Assembly: GCA_046497275.1 (NCBI GenBank)
Contig: JAWOFX010000106.1
Location: 93-32,092, forward strand
Reading direction: 5' to 3'
DNA: 32,000 nt
From: Promethearchaeia archaeon
GTDB lineage: Archaea > Asgardarchaeota > Lokiarchaeia > Sigyniarchaeales > SOKP01
Made by a program: the position numbers and the translations under genes
In this document: piece after piece, positions 18,307-26,986 of the stretch
Numbering within the stretch: the first letter of the stretch is position 1
Layout of the letters: the number at the start of each line of letters is the position of its first letter
The notes under the pieces: model-generated
Databases searched by the model: none
Told to the model about the DNA's origin: nothing
The model's input: the letters and a program-made list of their open reading frames with translations, nothing else

Positions 18307-19536
18307 ATGTTAAAAATCGATAAATGCAAATTTGGAGAGATCGAAAAATCTGATTTTCCTGAGCTTTGTGAACGGAAAGGAGTTGGACATCCGGATTCCG
18401 TCTGCGATGCAGCTGCTGATTTAAGCTCGAGGATGCTATGTAAGTATTATTTTGAAAATTTTGGGCGTTATTATCACCATAATGTAGATAAAGCTGCTTT
18501 AGTTGGCGGGATGGCTAAACCAGAGTTTGGTGGCGGAAAGATTTTAGAACCACAGTATTTCATGATAGTTGGACGAGCAATAAATCAAATTTTCAAGGAT
18601 AATAAACTAGAGTATATTCCAGTCGCACCTATATGTTTAGATGCATGTAAAACTGTTGTTTCTAATGTTTTCAGAAATTTAGATTTAACCTCCCAAATTC
18701 AATTTGATTATGCTATTAAGCCAGGTTCGATTGATCTCACCGGAGTATTCGAGGAATCTGATGTGATGGATCACATTCCACTGGCAAATGACACGAGCTT
18801 TGGCGTTGGTTTCGCCCCTTTATCAGACTGCGAAAGAATAACCTTAGAAACGGAACGTTTGCTTAATTCTGACGATTTCAAGGATAAATGCCCTGGTTCA
18901 GGGGAAGATATAAAGGTGATGTCAACAAGAACGGGAAATAAGGTAGATATCACTATCGCAAATGCTATGGTTAGTAAGTATATCTTAGATAAGGGTGAAT
19001 ACACCAATTATGTGGAACAAGTTCAAGATACAACTATGGATTTGGCATCAAAACTGATTCCAGAGAGAGATGTAAGTGTTTCGGTAAATGTGGGGGATAA
19101 TTTAGACCAAGAAATTATGTATTTGACGATAACAGGCACTAGTGCGGAAGCAGGGGATGATGGGCAAGTAGGGAGAGGAAATAGGGCAAATGGCCTTATA
19201 ACACCTTGCAGAACAATGTCTCTTGAAGCTGTATGTGGAAAAAACCCGATAAACCATGTTGGAAAAATTTATAACGTTCTTGCGAATAATATATCAAAGA
19301 GGATCTATGAAAAAGGACAAGGAGATATTAGAGAAGTTCATGTAAAATTGTTATCCCAAATAGGTCGTCCTATTACAGATCCTTGGGTTAATTCAATTTC
19401 CCTTATACCTGCCGATAACGTGAATTTCTCAAGCATTGAAAAAATCGCCAAAGACGTTTCTGAAGAATTATTTAGTAAAGAGAAAATTATCGATCTGAGA
19501 GAACGCTTAATTTCTGGCAAAGAACAAGTATTTTAA
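18307..19536 (+). CDS. mat: S-adenosylmethionine synthetase, archaeal type
   Basis: ELCERKGVGHPDSVCD, HHNVDK, ANDTSFGVGFAP, GEDIKVM, YLTITGTSAEAGDDGQVGRGNRANGLITPCR, GKNPINHVGKIYN. Confidence 0.97.
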   Translation: MLKIDKCKFGEIEKSDFPELCERKGVGHPDSVCDAAADLSSRMLCKYYFENFGRYYHHNVDKAALVGGMAKPEFGGGKILEPQYFMIVGRAINQIFKDNKLEYIPVAPICLDACKTVVSNVFRNLDLTSQIQFDYAIKPGSIDLTGVFEESDVMDHIPLANDTSFGVGFAPLSDCERITLETERLLNSDDFKDKCPGSGEDIKVMSTRTGNKVDITIANAMVSKYILDKGEYTNYVEQVQDTTMDLASKLIPERDVSVSVNVGDNLDQEIMYLTITGTSAEAGDDGQVGRGNRANGLITPCRTMSLEAVCGKNPINHVGKIYNVLANNISKRIYEKGQGDIREVHVKLLSQIGRPITDPWVNSISLIPADNVNFSSIEKIAKDVSEELFSKEKIIDLRERLISGKEQVF

Positions 19537-19681
19537 CATGATTGATACATATCTTATTTTTTATAATTTTTTTCTAAACTCTTCAATAACGATTTCTAAT
19601 AGTTTTAATAAAAAATATTTAAAATTATAAAAAAGATCTTACATATAAAATCTGGTAAACAATTGCAGAGAGAAAATCAAA

Positions 19682-19945
19682 ATGAGCTTAGATAAATGGA
19701 TAAAATCAGATAAAGAAAAGGACCAAGAGAAGAAGCAAGAAATTAAGAAAAAACAAAAAAAAGAAAACATATCAACCATAGAGAATCAAATAGAAAAAGA
19801 AGAATCATTTAAATTAAATAAATTCAGATTAAAATGTTCTAATTCTAAATGCAATTATCAAAAAACATTAATGAAACGGCAATTGGCTAATAAGGATAAA
19901 AAATGTCCTCGATGTAATAGTATAATGAAAATAATTGAATCTTAA
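19682..19945 (+). CDS. Small zinc-ribbon protein (87 aa)
   Basis: C-x4-C (CSNSKC) ... CPRC at the C-terminus; Lys/Glu-rich N-terminal half. Confidence 0.8.
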   Translation: MSLDKWIKSDKEKDQEKKQEIKKKQKKENISTIENQIEKEESFKLNKFRLKCSNSKCNYQKTLMKRQLANKDKKCPRCNSIMKIIES

Positions 19946-19969
19946 TAAATTCCAATATTAATTTGTAGA

Positions 19970-20194
19970 TTATTTAGATGGATTAGATACATCAAGTTTC
20001 CTCTCGCAATAAGGGCACGTATCTTTTTTCTTTCTATAACGCAATATTAAATAAATTAAATAACCAAGGCCAAAAGTCAAGCAAACGAAAAAGAAAATTA
20101 ACTCGTGATATTTATGATCGAAATTCTTTCTTCTCGGAATAACCATCCTTTCACATGTTGAGCAATAAATTTTCTCTTTCACTTTTCTCATCAA
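19970..20194 (-). CDS. LITAF-like zinc-ribbon membrane microprotein (74 aa)
   Basis: CSTC ... hydrophobic LIFFFVCLTFGLGYLIYLIL ... CPYC architecture. Confidence 0.75.
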   Translation of the reverse strand: MMRKVKEKIYCSTCERMVIPRRKNFDHKYHELIFFFVCLTFGLGYLIYLILRYRKKKDTCPYCERKLDVSNPSK

Positions 20195-20296
20195 TTAAAG
20201 TAATTTATGATATAGTGTATAATAGAAAAATTTTTTTAAAAATTAAATTCTCGCATTAAGCTTAATATTAATTGAAAAATCATAATTCGCAATTTA

Positions 20297-21022
20297 TCAA
20301 TCGATCCTCCTAAGTTTCTTTGCGGGGCGTCCAACATAAATCCATCCATTTTTCAATCTTTGACCAATTTTAGTATAGCTACCCATTCCTAGAATGCTTC
20401 CTTCTTCGATAATAGTACCCGGGGCCACAACGCTATAGGCTCCCACGGTGCTTCGGTCTTCAATTATAGTTTTTTTGATTAGTAGTTTGTTATTGATTAT
20501 TAAAGAACTAAAAATAATTGAACCTTCTCCTAATAATGATTCCTCCCCAAATTCAATAAAATCGGTATCAATATAACTATCTAAGACACCAGCACTTGTT
20601 GGCATCCTAAGATTAAAAAATTTTAATGGAAAAATTTTTGCCCAAGGAAGGGGAAAATAATCGTAAGTTTTTAATATGAATTCCTTAATAGTCTTTCTCA
20701 TACAATAAAAAAAATAATTCTTATCCTTTAACGAAAGATCAAATTCTCCTTCTTTTGGGAGATGAATTAAATTGAATAAAATCAAATACAATTTTCCAAT
20801 CCCAAATAAACTTAGAATAAATAATCCAAGATATAGAAGCAGATATCCGGGTAATAGAATCAGAAAGAATATCATCCCATACAATTTAAAGAAAAATTCA
20901 AAATAGAATAAAACCGATATTAACGTAAAAAATATAGCCGGCCAAATTATTAAGAATTTTAAGATAAAGAATCTTTTTTCTTTTAAGTTATTACCTTCAA
21001 TAATTTTTAGCTCAGATGACAT
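20297..21022 (-). CDS. Membrane protein with left-handed beta-helix (hexapeptide acyltransferase-like) domain
   Basis: Two N-terminal TM segments, HLPKEGEF, then IEFGEESLLGEGS...VGAYSVVAPGTIIEEGSILGMGS...YVGRPAKK. Confidence 0.8.
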   Translation of the reverse strand: MSSELKIIEGNNLKEKRFFILKFLIIWPAIFFTLISVLFYFEFFFKLYGMIFFLILLPGYLLLYLGLFILSLFGIGKLYLILFNLIHLPKEGEFDLSLKDKNYFFYCMRKTIKEFILKTYDYFPLPWAKIFPLKFFNLRMPTSAGVLDSYIDTDFIEFGEESLLGEGSIIFSSLIINNKLLIKKTIIEDRSTVGAYSVVAPGTIIEEGSILGMGSYTKIGQRLKNGWIYVGRPAKKLRRID

Positions 21023-21030
21023 GAATCAAT

Positions 21031-22665
21031 CTATCTTTTTATAATTTTGATAAAATTTAATATATCGAGATTAAATATATCCCTAAAATCTTTCAAATTT
21101 TCCATTTTTTTAGCGGGAGCATCATAATAAATGGAGTTAGGATCAATTATTTCATTTTTAGAAACTATTGAAAAAGGCATGATATGTGTATTTTTCTTAA
21201 TAATAGTTCCTGGGGCAATGCAGCATCCATCATTAATTACAACACCATCTTTTATAGATACGGATTTTACTGTTAAATCTTTATCCCATAATTGAGTTGT
21301 TAGTAAAATCTTGCCAAGATAAACGTTTTTTCCCACATTTAAAAACTCTTTTGCTAAATACATATCTTCAATAATTGAATTTTTTCCAAATTGACAATTT
21401 CCAATAAAATTAAACACCTTCTTGATAAGCCATGGGTAAGGACCTCGCTGAATCTTCCATTTAATATATCTAAGTAAGAACGAACGAAGAAAGTAATAAT
21501 CATAATCCTTCGATTTATTTTTCCAGTGAAAGACTCCTTCTTTTGGTTTATTTATCTTGCAGATAATATAATAGCATATTTTTGTGATGAATACAGTTAA
21601 AAAAATATTACTAAGATGCATTACCATTATAAATGGTGGAGTAAATGTTAAAATTAATATAGAAGTATTAGTGATAAAAAGATCATGGAAAGAAGGAGAA
21701 GCTAGCACAAAAGGATAAAAAATATCAGTAAAATAGTAATAAGAAATTATCAAAACAGGCATGTAGGCTGCGAAATATAATAGCAAAAATATAGTAATAT
21801 AGGTGGGAATTTTCTTTATGAATTTTTCAGCAGGTTTATACGATTCTGTAGTTTTTTTTGAAGTTTCTTGAAATCTCCTCTCGTTTTCTTGAATTTTTTG
21901 TTTTATGTAAGAATTGTCATTAGTTTGTTTATCTTCAATTGTTCCTTTTTTTCTAGCAGGATATCCTGAATAAATTGAATTTTGTTCCAAAATTTGATTA
22001 AATTGAGTTAAAGAAAGGGTATTTATAATTGTATTATTTTCTATTTTAGTTCCAGGAGAAATATAGCTATGAGGTCCTATTATGACATTATCTTGAATAA
22101 TTACTTTTTTTATAATTAGATAATCGCCATATATCATAGAGGATTTTATAAAAGATCCTTTTCCTAGGGTTATATTTTTTCCTAATTCAATGAATTCAGT
22201 GTCCATATTTGCATTGTTGATGCTACTAGTGAAAGATGTTTTGATTCCAAATATTGTTAGAGTAAGATTATTTAAAACTGATGAGGGTAAAAGACTAATA
22301 ATCCAGATCGGCCATTTTTTAATTACTGCTCGGAGACTCCAAAAATAATAATCCTTATTATCCTTAACTCTTCTAAAATTTCCTTCTTTTGGTTTATGAA
22401 TAAGATTTACAAATATTAAAAGTAATTTTGCCGTCAATAAAGAAGAAAAAACAAGAATAAAATATCCGATAAATAATTGAATCGGAAAAGACAAAAAGAG
22501 GAGGATAATATCGCTCTTGAATAAATTATAATAGAGTAAAAATTCAATAATAATTACATAAAAGCTAATCCAAATATTAATTCCATAAATAATTAAAAAC
22601 TTTCGAGAGACTAATGTGTTAGTTGAATAAGGACCGTCGTGAATAGATGTGGGAAAACTTGTCAT
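21031..22665 (-). CDS. Membrane protein with two tandem [TM-TM-LbH acyltransferase-like] modules
   Basis: Internal duplication: HKPKEGNF...YYFWSLR...IELGKNITLG...YSGYPA and NKPKEGVF...YYFLRS...LNVGKNVYLG...YYDAPA. Confidence 0.82.
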   Translation of the reverse strand: MTSFPTSIHDGPYSTNTLVSRKFLIIYGINIWISFYVIIIEFLLYYNLFKSDIILLFLSFPIQLFIGYFILVFSSLLTAKLLLIFVNLIHKPKEGNFRRVKDNKDYYFWSLRAVIKKWPIWIISLLPSSVLNNLTLTIFGIKTSFTSSINNANMDTEFIELGKNITLGKGSFIKSSMIYGDYLIIKKVIIQDNVIIGPHSYISPGTKIENNTIINTLSLTQFNQILEQNSIYSGYPARKKGTIEDKQTNDNSYIKQKIQENERRFQETSKKTTESYKPAEKFIKKIPTYITIFLLLYFAAYMPVLIISYYYFTDIFYPFVLASPSFHDLFITNTSILILTFTPPFIMVMHLSNIFLTVFITKICYYIICKINKPKEGVFHWKNKSKDYDYYFLRSFLLRYIKWKIQRGPYPWLIKKVFNFIGNCQFGKNSIIEDMYLAKEFLNVGKNVYLGKILLTTQLWDKDLTVKSVSIKDGVVINDGCCIAPGTIIKKNTHIMPFSIVSKNEIIDPNSIYYDAPAKKMENLKDFRDIFNLDILNFIKIIKR

Positions 22666-22765
22666 TATTGTGGTTTAGACAGAGAGAAAAATAATCTACT
22701 TAACATAATAAATTTCTTGTTTTTAATTAAATATTATGTATTTTAAAAAAAGGATAAAATATACT

Positions 22766-22894
22766 TTAGTCGTCTTCTTCTTTTTTTGGTTTACTCAAAA
22801 GATCAAACGTACTTTTCATTCCCATTTTATCCAATCGTTCACGTTCGCGCTTTATGTCATCTTTTTTATAATCTTTTTCTTCATTATCAGACAT
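22766..22894 (-). CDS. Small charged protein (42 aa), absent from the ORF track
   Basis: ATG TCT GAT...GAC GAC TAA = MSDNEEKDYKKDDIKRERERLDKMGMKSTFDLLSKPKKEEDD. AT-rich upstream region, downstream T7 tract, codon usage like neighbours. Confidence 0.7.
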   Translation of the reverse strand: MSDNEEKDYKKDDIKRERERLDKMGMKSTFDLLSKPKKEEDD

Positions 22895-23074
22895 ATTGTT
22901 AAGTATTATTCTTTGTTATTTTTATAATCGATTCTAATCTTATTTTATTATAAAGTAAATAATCTTTTTATTTAATATAATTAAGTTCAAAAATAATTTT
23001 ATATATCTATTCTTGTTTATTTTTCTAGAATACGATTTAAATTAATAAAATTTTAGGATGTGCAGAGAAAAAGT

Positions 23075-24112
23075 ATGCCAAGATGCTATCATTGTGGGGA
23101 GAGATTCGACGATTTATATAAATGTGATAAATGTAATCAATATTATTGTTATTTACATAAAGATCCGATAAATCATGAATGTAATATAGTTAAAGAATCA
23201 TTAGAACTACAATATAGTTCAAATGAACCGAGTCATGATTATTTAAGATCTTATAATCAATCAAGCACAAATTACGCTGAAAATATATCATCCACTCATC
23301 AGCAACAACCAAATTATCAGTCAAGTTATTCTGAAAGCTCAGAAATACGTGGAAGTACCGATAGTACTTTTACATGGTATCGGAGAGAATCAAATATTCC
23401 TGATAATGCTTTTAGTCCTAATTCTGGCATTGAATTTAAGGGAATTCTTCTTCCCTATAAATCTGAGTTTTTACATTTGTTAATTGGATCAGTCTTAATT
23501 TATATTATCGGTTTGATAGGGTTTTATAATCCTCAGAATCAACAGCTACTTAATGATCTAGGATTTGGATGGATTATTTTTATGGTTGCAGGATTTTATA
23601 CAACTGCATTTCTTTTTCATGAATTTGGACATCGTCAAGTGGCGATCCATTTCGGACTCCAAACTAAATTCCGTTTATTAAAATTTGGGATGATTATCAC
23701 AGCATTTGGTTTATTAATGGGCCTTATTTCTATATCTTCTGGAGTTCAAGGTCTTCCAGGTTTAGCACTACCTGGGGCAGTAGTCGTTCTTGGATTGGAT
23801 AAAATAGATAAAAAAACCGGTTTATGTAAAGCAGCTGGACCTACAGTTAATTTAATATATGGTTCAATATTATTCGCTGTATCATTTCTAATACCCATTT
23901 TTCCGATTAATTTATTCATCGGAATGTCCGCATCCATAAATTTTATGCTTGGACTTTTTAATCTAATTCCGATTGGTATTTTAGACGGTGAAAATATCTT
24001 TAAATGGAATAAAAAAGTATATTTCTTCCTTGTAAGTTCTATGCTTATCCTAATTATAATTAATTATATTTGCATCTACTTACCTTCAGCCTCAAATCCC
24101 TATTATATTTGA
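23075..24112 (+). CDS. AN1-type zinc finger fused to M50 (site-2 protease-like) intramembrane metalloprotease
   Basis: CYHC-x-CDKC-x-YCYLH-x-HEC; HEFGH zinc motif; AAGPTVN; FNLIPIGILDG. Start set to ATG 23075 (MPRCYHC) rather than the track's 23060. Confidence 0.88.
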   Translation: MPRCYHCGERFDDLYKCDKCNQYYCYLHKDPINHECNIVKESLELQYSSNEPSHDYLRSYNQSSTNYAENISSTHQQQPNYQSSYSESSEIRGSTDSTFTWYRRESNIPDNAFSPNSGIEFKGILLPYKSEFLHLLIGSVLIYIIGLIGFYNPQNQQLLNDLGFGWIIFMVAGFYTTAFLFHEFGHRQVAIHFGLQTKFRLLKFGMIITAFGLLMGLISISSGVQGLPGLALPGAVVVLGLDKIDKKTGLCKAAGPTVNLIYGSILFAVSFLIPIFPINLFIGMSASINFMLGLFNLIPIGILDGENIFKWNKKVYFFLVSSMLILIIINYICIYLPSASNPYYI

Positions 24113-24274
24113 TTTAAAATAACGATTTAAATTCTAATAAAAATTATACAGAAGGAACAGAAAGTGAAAAAAATATCAATGATACTACTTTTTATTAGAC
24201 AAGAAGTAATTTTCAGTCCAATTTCATATCGGACTAAAAAATACAAATAAAAGAATATTTAGAAGAACAATTTT

Positions 24275-25192
24275 ATGCCATATTGCGAGTATTGTGGGGA
24301 AGAGATCGGATTTCTCCCCTTTAAATGCAAATACTGCGGCGGAATCTTTTGTAAAGAGCACAGATTACCAGAAAATCATGAATGTACATTTGAGCGAAAA
24401 CATAGACCGACTGTACCTACTTCGAGGAGAGGAGAAAAAAGGGAACAAGAGAGATACCGGTTTGTCTCAACAGAAGAGGATCCTAAAAAAGTTAAAAAAT
24501 TTATGAAAAAGCAAGATAAACAAAGAGATAGAGCAAGAAAGTTATTTGAAAGTGGTATTTCTGGATATGGAGGGACCTCGATAACAACTTATCTTATTAT
24601 AGCAATTTTTATAGCATCTATCATGGGATCCATTATGCCAGAATTTTTATGTTTGAGTTCTTCAAGTTTTTTCAAGTTATATATATGGACCTTCCTCACA
24701 GCACCTTTTGTTAATGTCTCGGAAGGTTTTTTTGGAATGTTCTTTTTACTTATTATCATATTATTATTCTATAATATTATCAGAATAATAGAATTGCGAT
24801 TTGGGAGCAAATTTTTAATCACATTATATCTATTCTCAACATTTATAAGTGCATTAATATACATATCAATCTGGGTACCAATAGAGTTTGCAAGCCCAAC
24901 AAGATTATCTCCGTGGCCAATTGGATTAGCATTTGGGGGATTATTGGGAATAATTTCATTCATGATATATTTTAGTTTTGATAAAGAGATGACATTCCTA
25001 CTCATGTTTATTCCAATAAGGATGAAAGGGAAGATTATTCTATTGTTGTTGATTTTATTCAGTTTAGTACCCGGGCTTTTATTCTATTTATTAACCTTGG
25101 AACCTATTTATCTTGCCATTTATATTCCTGATTTAGGGGGGATATTGGGTTCTTATATAATATTTCGGTATAAATTTCGATATATTAGATGA
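24275..25192 (+). CDS. AN1-type zinc finger fused to rhomboid-fold pseudoprotease
   Basis: CEYC[23 protein letters not shown]. Rhomboid landmarks [21 protein letters not shown] (for GxSG) and PDLGG (for AHxGG). Confidence 0.78.
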   Translation: MPYCEYCGEEIGFLPFKCKYCGGIFCKEHRLPENHECTFERKHRPTVPTSRRGEKREQERYRFVSTEEDPKKVKKFMKKQDKQRDRARKLFESGISGYGGTSITTYLIIAIFIASIMGSIMPEFLCLSSSSFFKLYIWTFLTAPFVNVSEGFFGMFFLLIIILLFYNIIRIIELRFGSKFLITLYLFSTFISALIYISIWVPIEFASPTRLSPWPIGLAFGGLLGIISFMIYFSFDKEMTFLLMFIPIRMKGKIILLLLILFSLVPGLLFYLLTLEPIYLAIYIPDLGGILGSYIIFRYKFRYIR

Positions 25193-25305
25193 ATGGGCAC
25201 ATATACGATAATGGTGAGAAGTTGAAACCTAATTTATAATTAAACCAAAATTTCTTATTTTTTAAACGTCTATATTTCATTAAAGAGATTTAATTTATTC
25301 GGAAA

Positions 25306-25971
25306 ATGCCTGAAAATAAAAATAATACGGTATCTAAGATAATCGAATTAAATGAAGATTTAATTAGAAATAATGATCTATTAGCGGCTGAAAATAAAAC
25401 AATGTTTGAAGAAAATCGGATAAAATCATTTGATATTGTCGGTGCAATAGGGGCAGGAAAGACTTCGTTATTAGAAGCGATTTCTCGAGATCTCCAGAAA
25501 GAATATCGTGTTTTGGTAATTAATGGAGATGTTGCGACTCGAGTGGATGCGGATCGCATTGAAAAAGTGGGAGCAAAAGCAATTCAAGTCAACACAGGGA
25601 GAGAGTGTGCACTAAATTCATATCATATTTCACAAGTAATTAAAAATATCAATTTAACTGATTATGATATTGTATTTATTGAAAATGTAGGAAATCTTAT
25701 TTGTCCGTCAGATTTTATTCTAGGAGTTTCTAAACGTGTGGTTGTTGTTTCAATTACAGAGGGACCTTGGGTGATTGAGAAACATCCATTATTATTCAAA
25801 ATGTCTGATATTGCTGTTATAAATAAAATCGATTTATTAGATGTTGTGGAGGTAAATATTGAGAAAATGGTAAATGATGCGAAAGAGATTAATCCAAGAT
25901 TAAAAGTCTTCACCACAAGTTGCAAGACTAGGGAAAATGTTGATAAGTTAAAAAAGGCATTAATAGAATAG
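25306..25971 (+). CDS. hypB: Hydrogenase nickel incorporation GTPase HypB
   Basis: GAIGAGKTSLLE, VINGD, DADRI, QVNTGRECAL, FIENVGNLICP, KHPLLF, INKIDL. Confidence 0.93.
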   Translation: MPENKNNTVSKIIELNEDLIRNNDLLAAENKTMFEENRIKSFDIVGAIGAGKTSLLEAISRDLQKEYRVLVINGDVATRVDADRIEKVGAKAIQVNTGRECALNSYHISQVIKNINLTDYDIVFIENVGNLICPSDFILGVSKRVVVVSITEGPWVIEKHPLLFKMSDIAVINKIDLLDVVEVNIEKMVNDAKEINPRLKVFTTSCKTRENVDKLKKALIE

Positions 25972-26016
25972 ATTAAAATATATCAAAAAACTAAAAAAAA
26001 CCGAAGCGAATTAATC

Positions 26017-26430
26017 ATGTCAATGCGAGAATATAATACTGAACTACAAAAATTCATCGATAAAATTGTTAAGGTATATATAGATAATGAACGATTTTTT
26101 GTAGGAACTCTCAAGGGTGTTTCTGAAGAGGCAAATTTGATAATAAATTCTGCAAAAAATGAGAAAAATAAAGTTTTTCCCCAGATCTTAATTAATAATT
26201 CCTATTATCAGTATGTGACAGTTGAGGAAGAACCATTTCCTATGGAGGCATTAGCAGAGAGGATTTCGAAAATCTTCAGTAAAGGGCACGTTCAATATAT
26301 CGAAGAACAGAATATAATTTCAATTTTAGGTGGAAAAATCATAGTTGATGAAAACGGAGTTAGAGGTAGCGGCCCAAGCGCAGAAAGAGTTAAGAAAATA
26401 TTCGATCAATTTAAAATGGACTTAGAATAA
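26017..26430 (+). CDS. Augmented Sm-like archaeal protein (SmAP3-type, Sm fold plus Lsm C-terminal domain)
   Basis: Sm1-like KIVKVYID...FVGTLKGVSEEANLII, then C-domain FPMEALAERISKIF...GGKIIVDENGVRGSGPSAERVKKIF. Confidence 0.75.
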   Translation: MSMREYNTELQKFIDKIVKVYIDNERFFVGTLKGVSEEANLIINSAKNEKNKVFPQILINNSYYQYVTVEEEPFPMEALAERISKIFSKGHVQYIEEQNIISILGGKIIVDENGVRGSGPSAERVKKIFDQFKMDLE

Positions 26431-26462
26431 TCATTCCTTTTTTTAATATTTTAATTAATCAT

Positions 26463-26966
26463 TTATTCTTTTTTGATGATTTCAAGGAGATTTTTTAAAT
26501 TTATATTTTCGATTACATTTTTCAATAAAGCTTTCCCTAAAGGAGTAATTTTAATTATTTCTAAATTATTGATGGTAAGTTTTCGAATGTAATCTTTTTT
26601 TAATAAAAATTCGACAGTATCCCAAATTTTCGAAAAAATGTCCCTAAGATCAGAAAATTTTAAATTCTCATCAACATCTTTAGTTAACGCTAATATAAAT
26701 GCAAGAGCACCATATTGGCTTGGGGTTATATCATCATCTTTTCCCTCTGTAGTTAATATATAAAATTTCTGTTCTAGAAATGTACTTGTTATTAATTCAA
26801 ATCCTACATCCATCAAATTTTTATAAGTTTGATTTATGACTTGTTCAAAATCTATTGATCCAGGACATAGATTAAGTAAATCTTCTTCGCGAATCATTTT
26901 TTGTTCATTAGTTAATATAAGTTTTGTTATTTTTTGAACAGTCTGATTAAATATTTTTTCTGACAT
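26463..26966 (-). CDS. Tandem winged-helix protein, KITE-like (ScpB/MksE/Nse1-Nse3 type)
   Basis: Two WH-sized halves, linker helix ITPSQYGALAFILAL, wing ending IKITPLGKALL; directly downstream of the SMC-like gene. Confidence 0.5.
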   Translation of the reverse strand: MSEKIFNQTVQKITKLILTNEQKMIREEDLLNLCPGSIDFEQVINQTYKNLMDVGFELITSTFLEQKFYILTTEGKDDDITPSQYGALAFILALTKDVDENLKFSDLRDIFSKIWDTVEFLLKKDYIRKLTINNLEIIKITPLGKALLKNVIENINLKNLLEIIKKE

Positions 26967-26979
26967 TTTAATTTAACTA

Positions 26980-26986
26980 ACCTCCT
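26980..26986 (-). promoter_or_regulatory. Shine-Dalgarno-like AGGAGGT overlapping the upstream stop
   Basis: Minus strand TAAGGAGGT; TAA is the SMC-like stop and the ATG at 26966 lies about 14 nt downstream. Confidence 0.55.

Noticed and set aside
14262-19520. ORFs 14262..14567, 16418..16705, 16850..17056, 18771..19007, 19338..19520
   Set aside because: Antisense to nop5/flpA, the HTH regulator and mat.
22736-22927. Plus-strand Phe-rich 63-aa ORF
   Set aside because: Mirror image of the purine-rich 42-aa minus-strand ORF, which is the better candidate.
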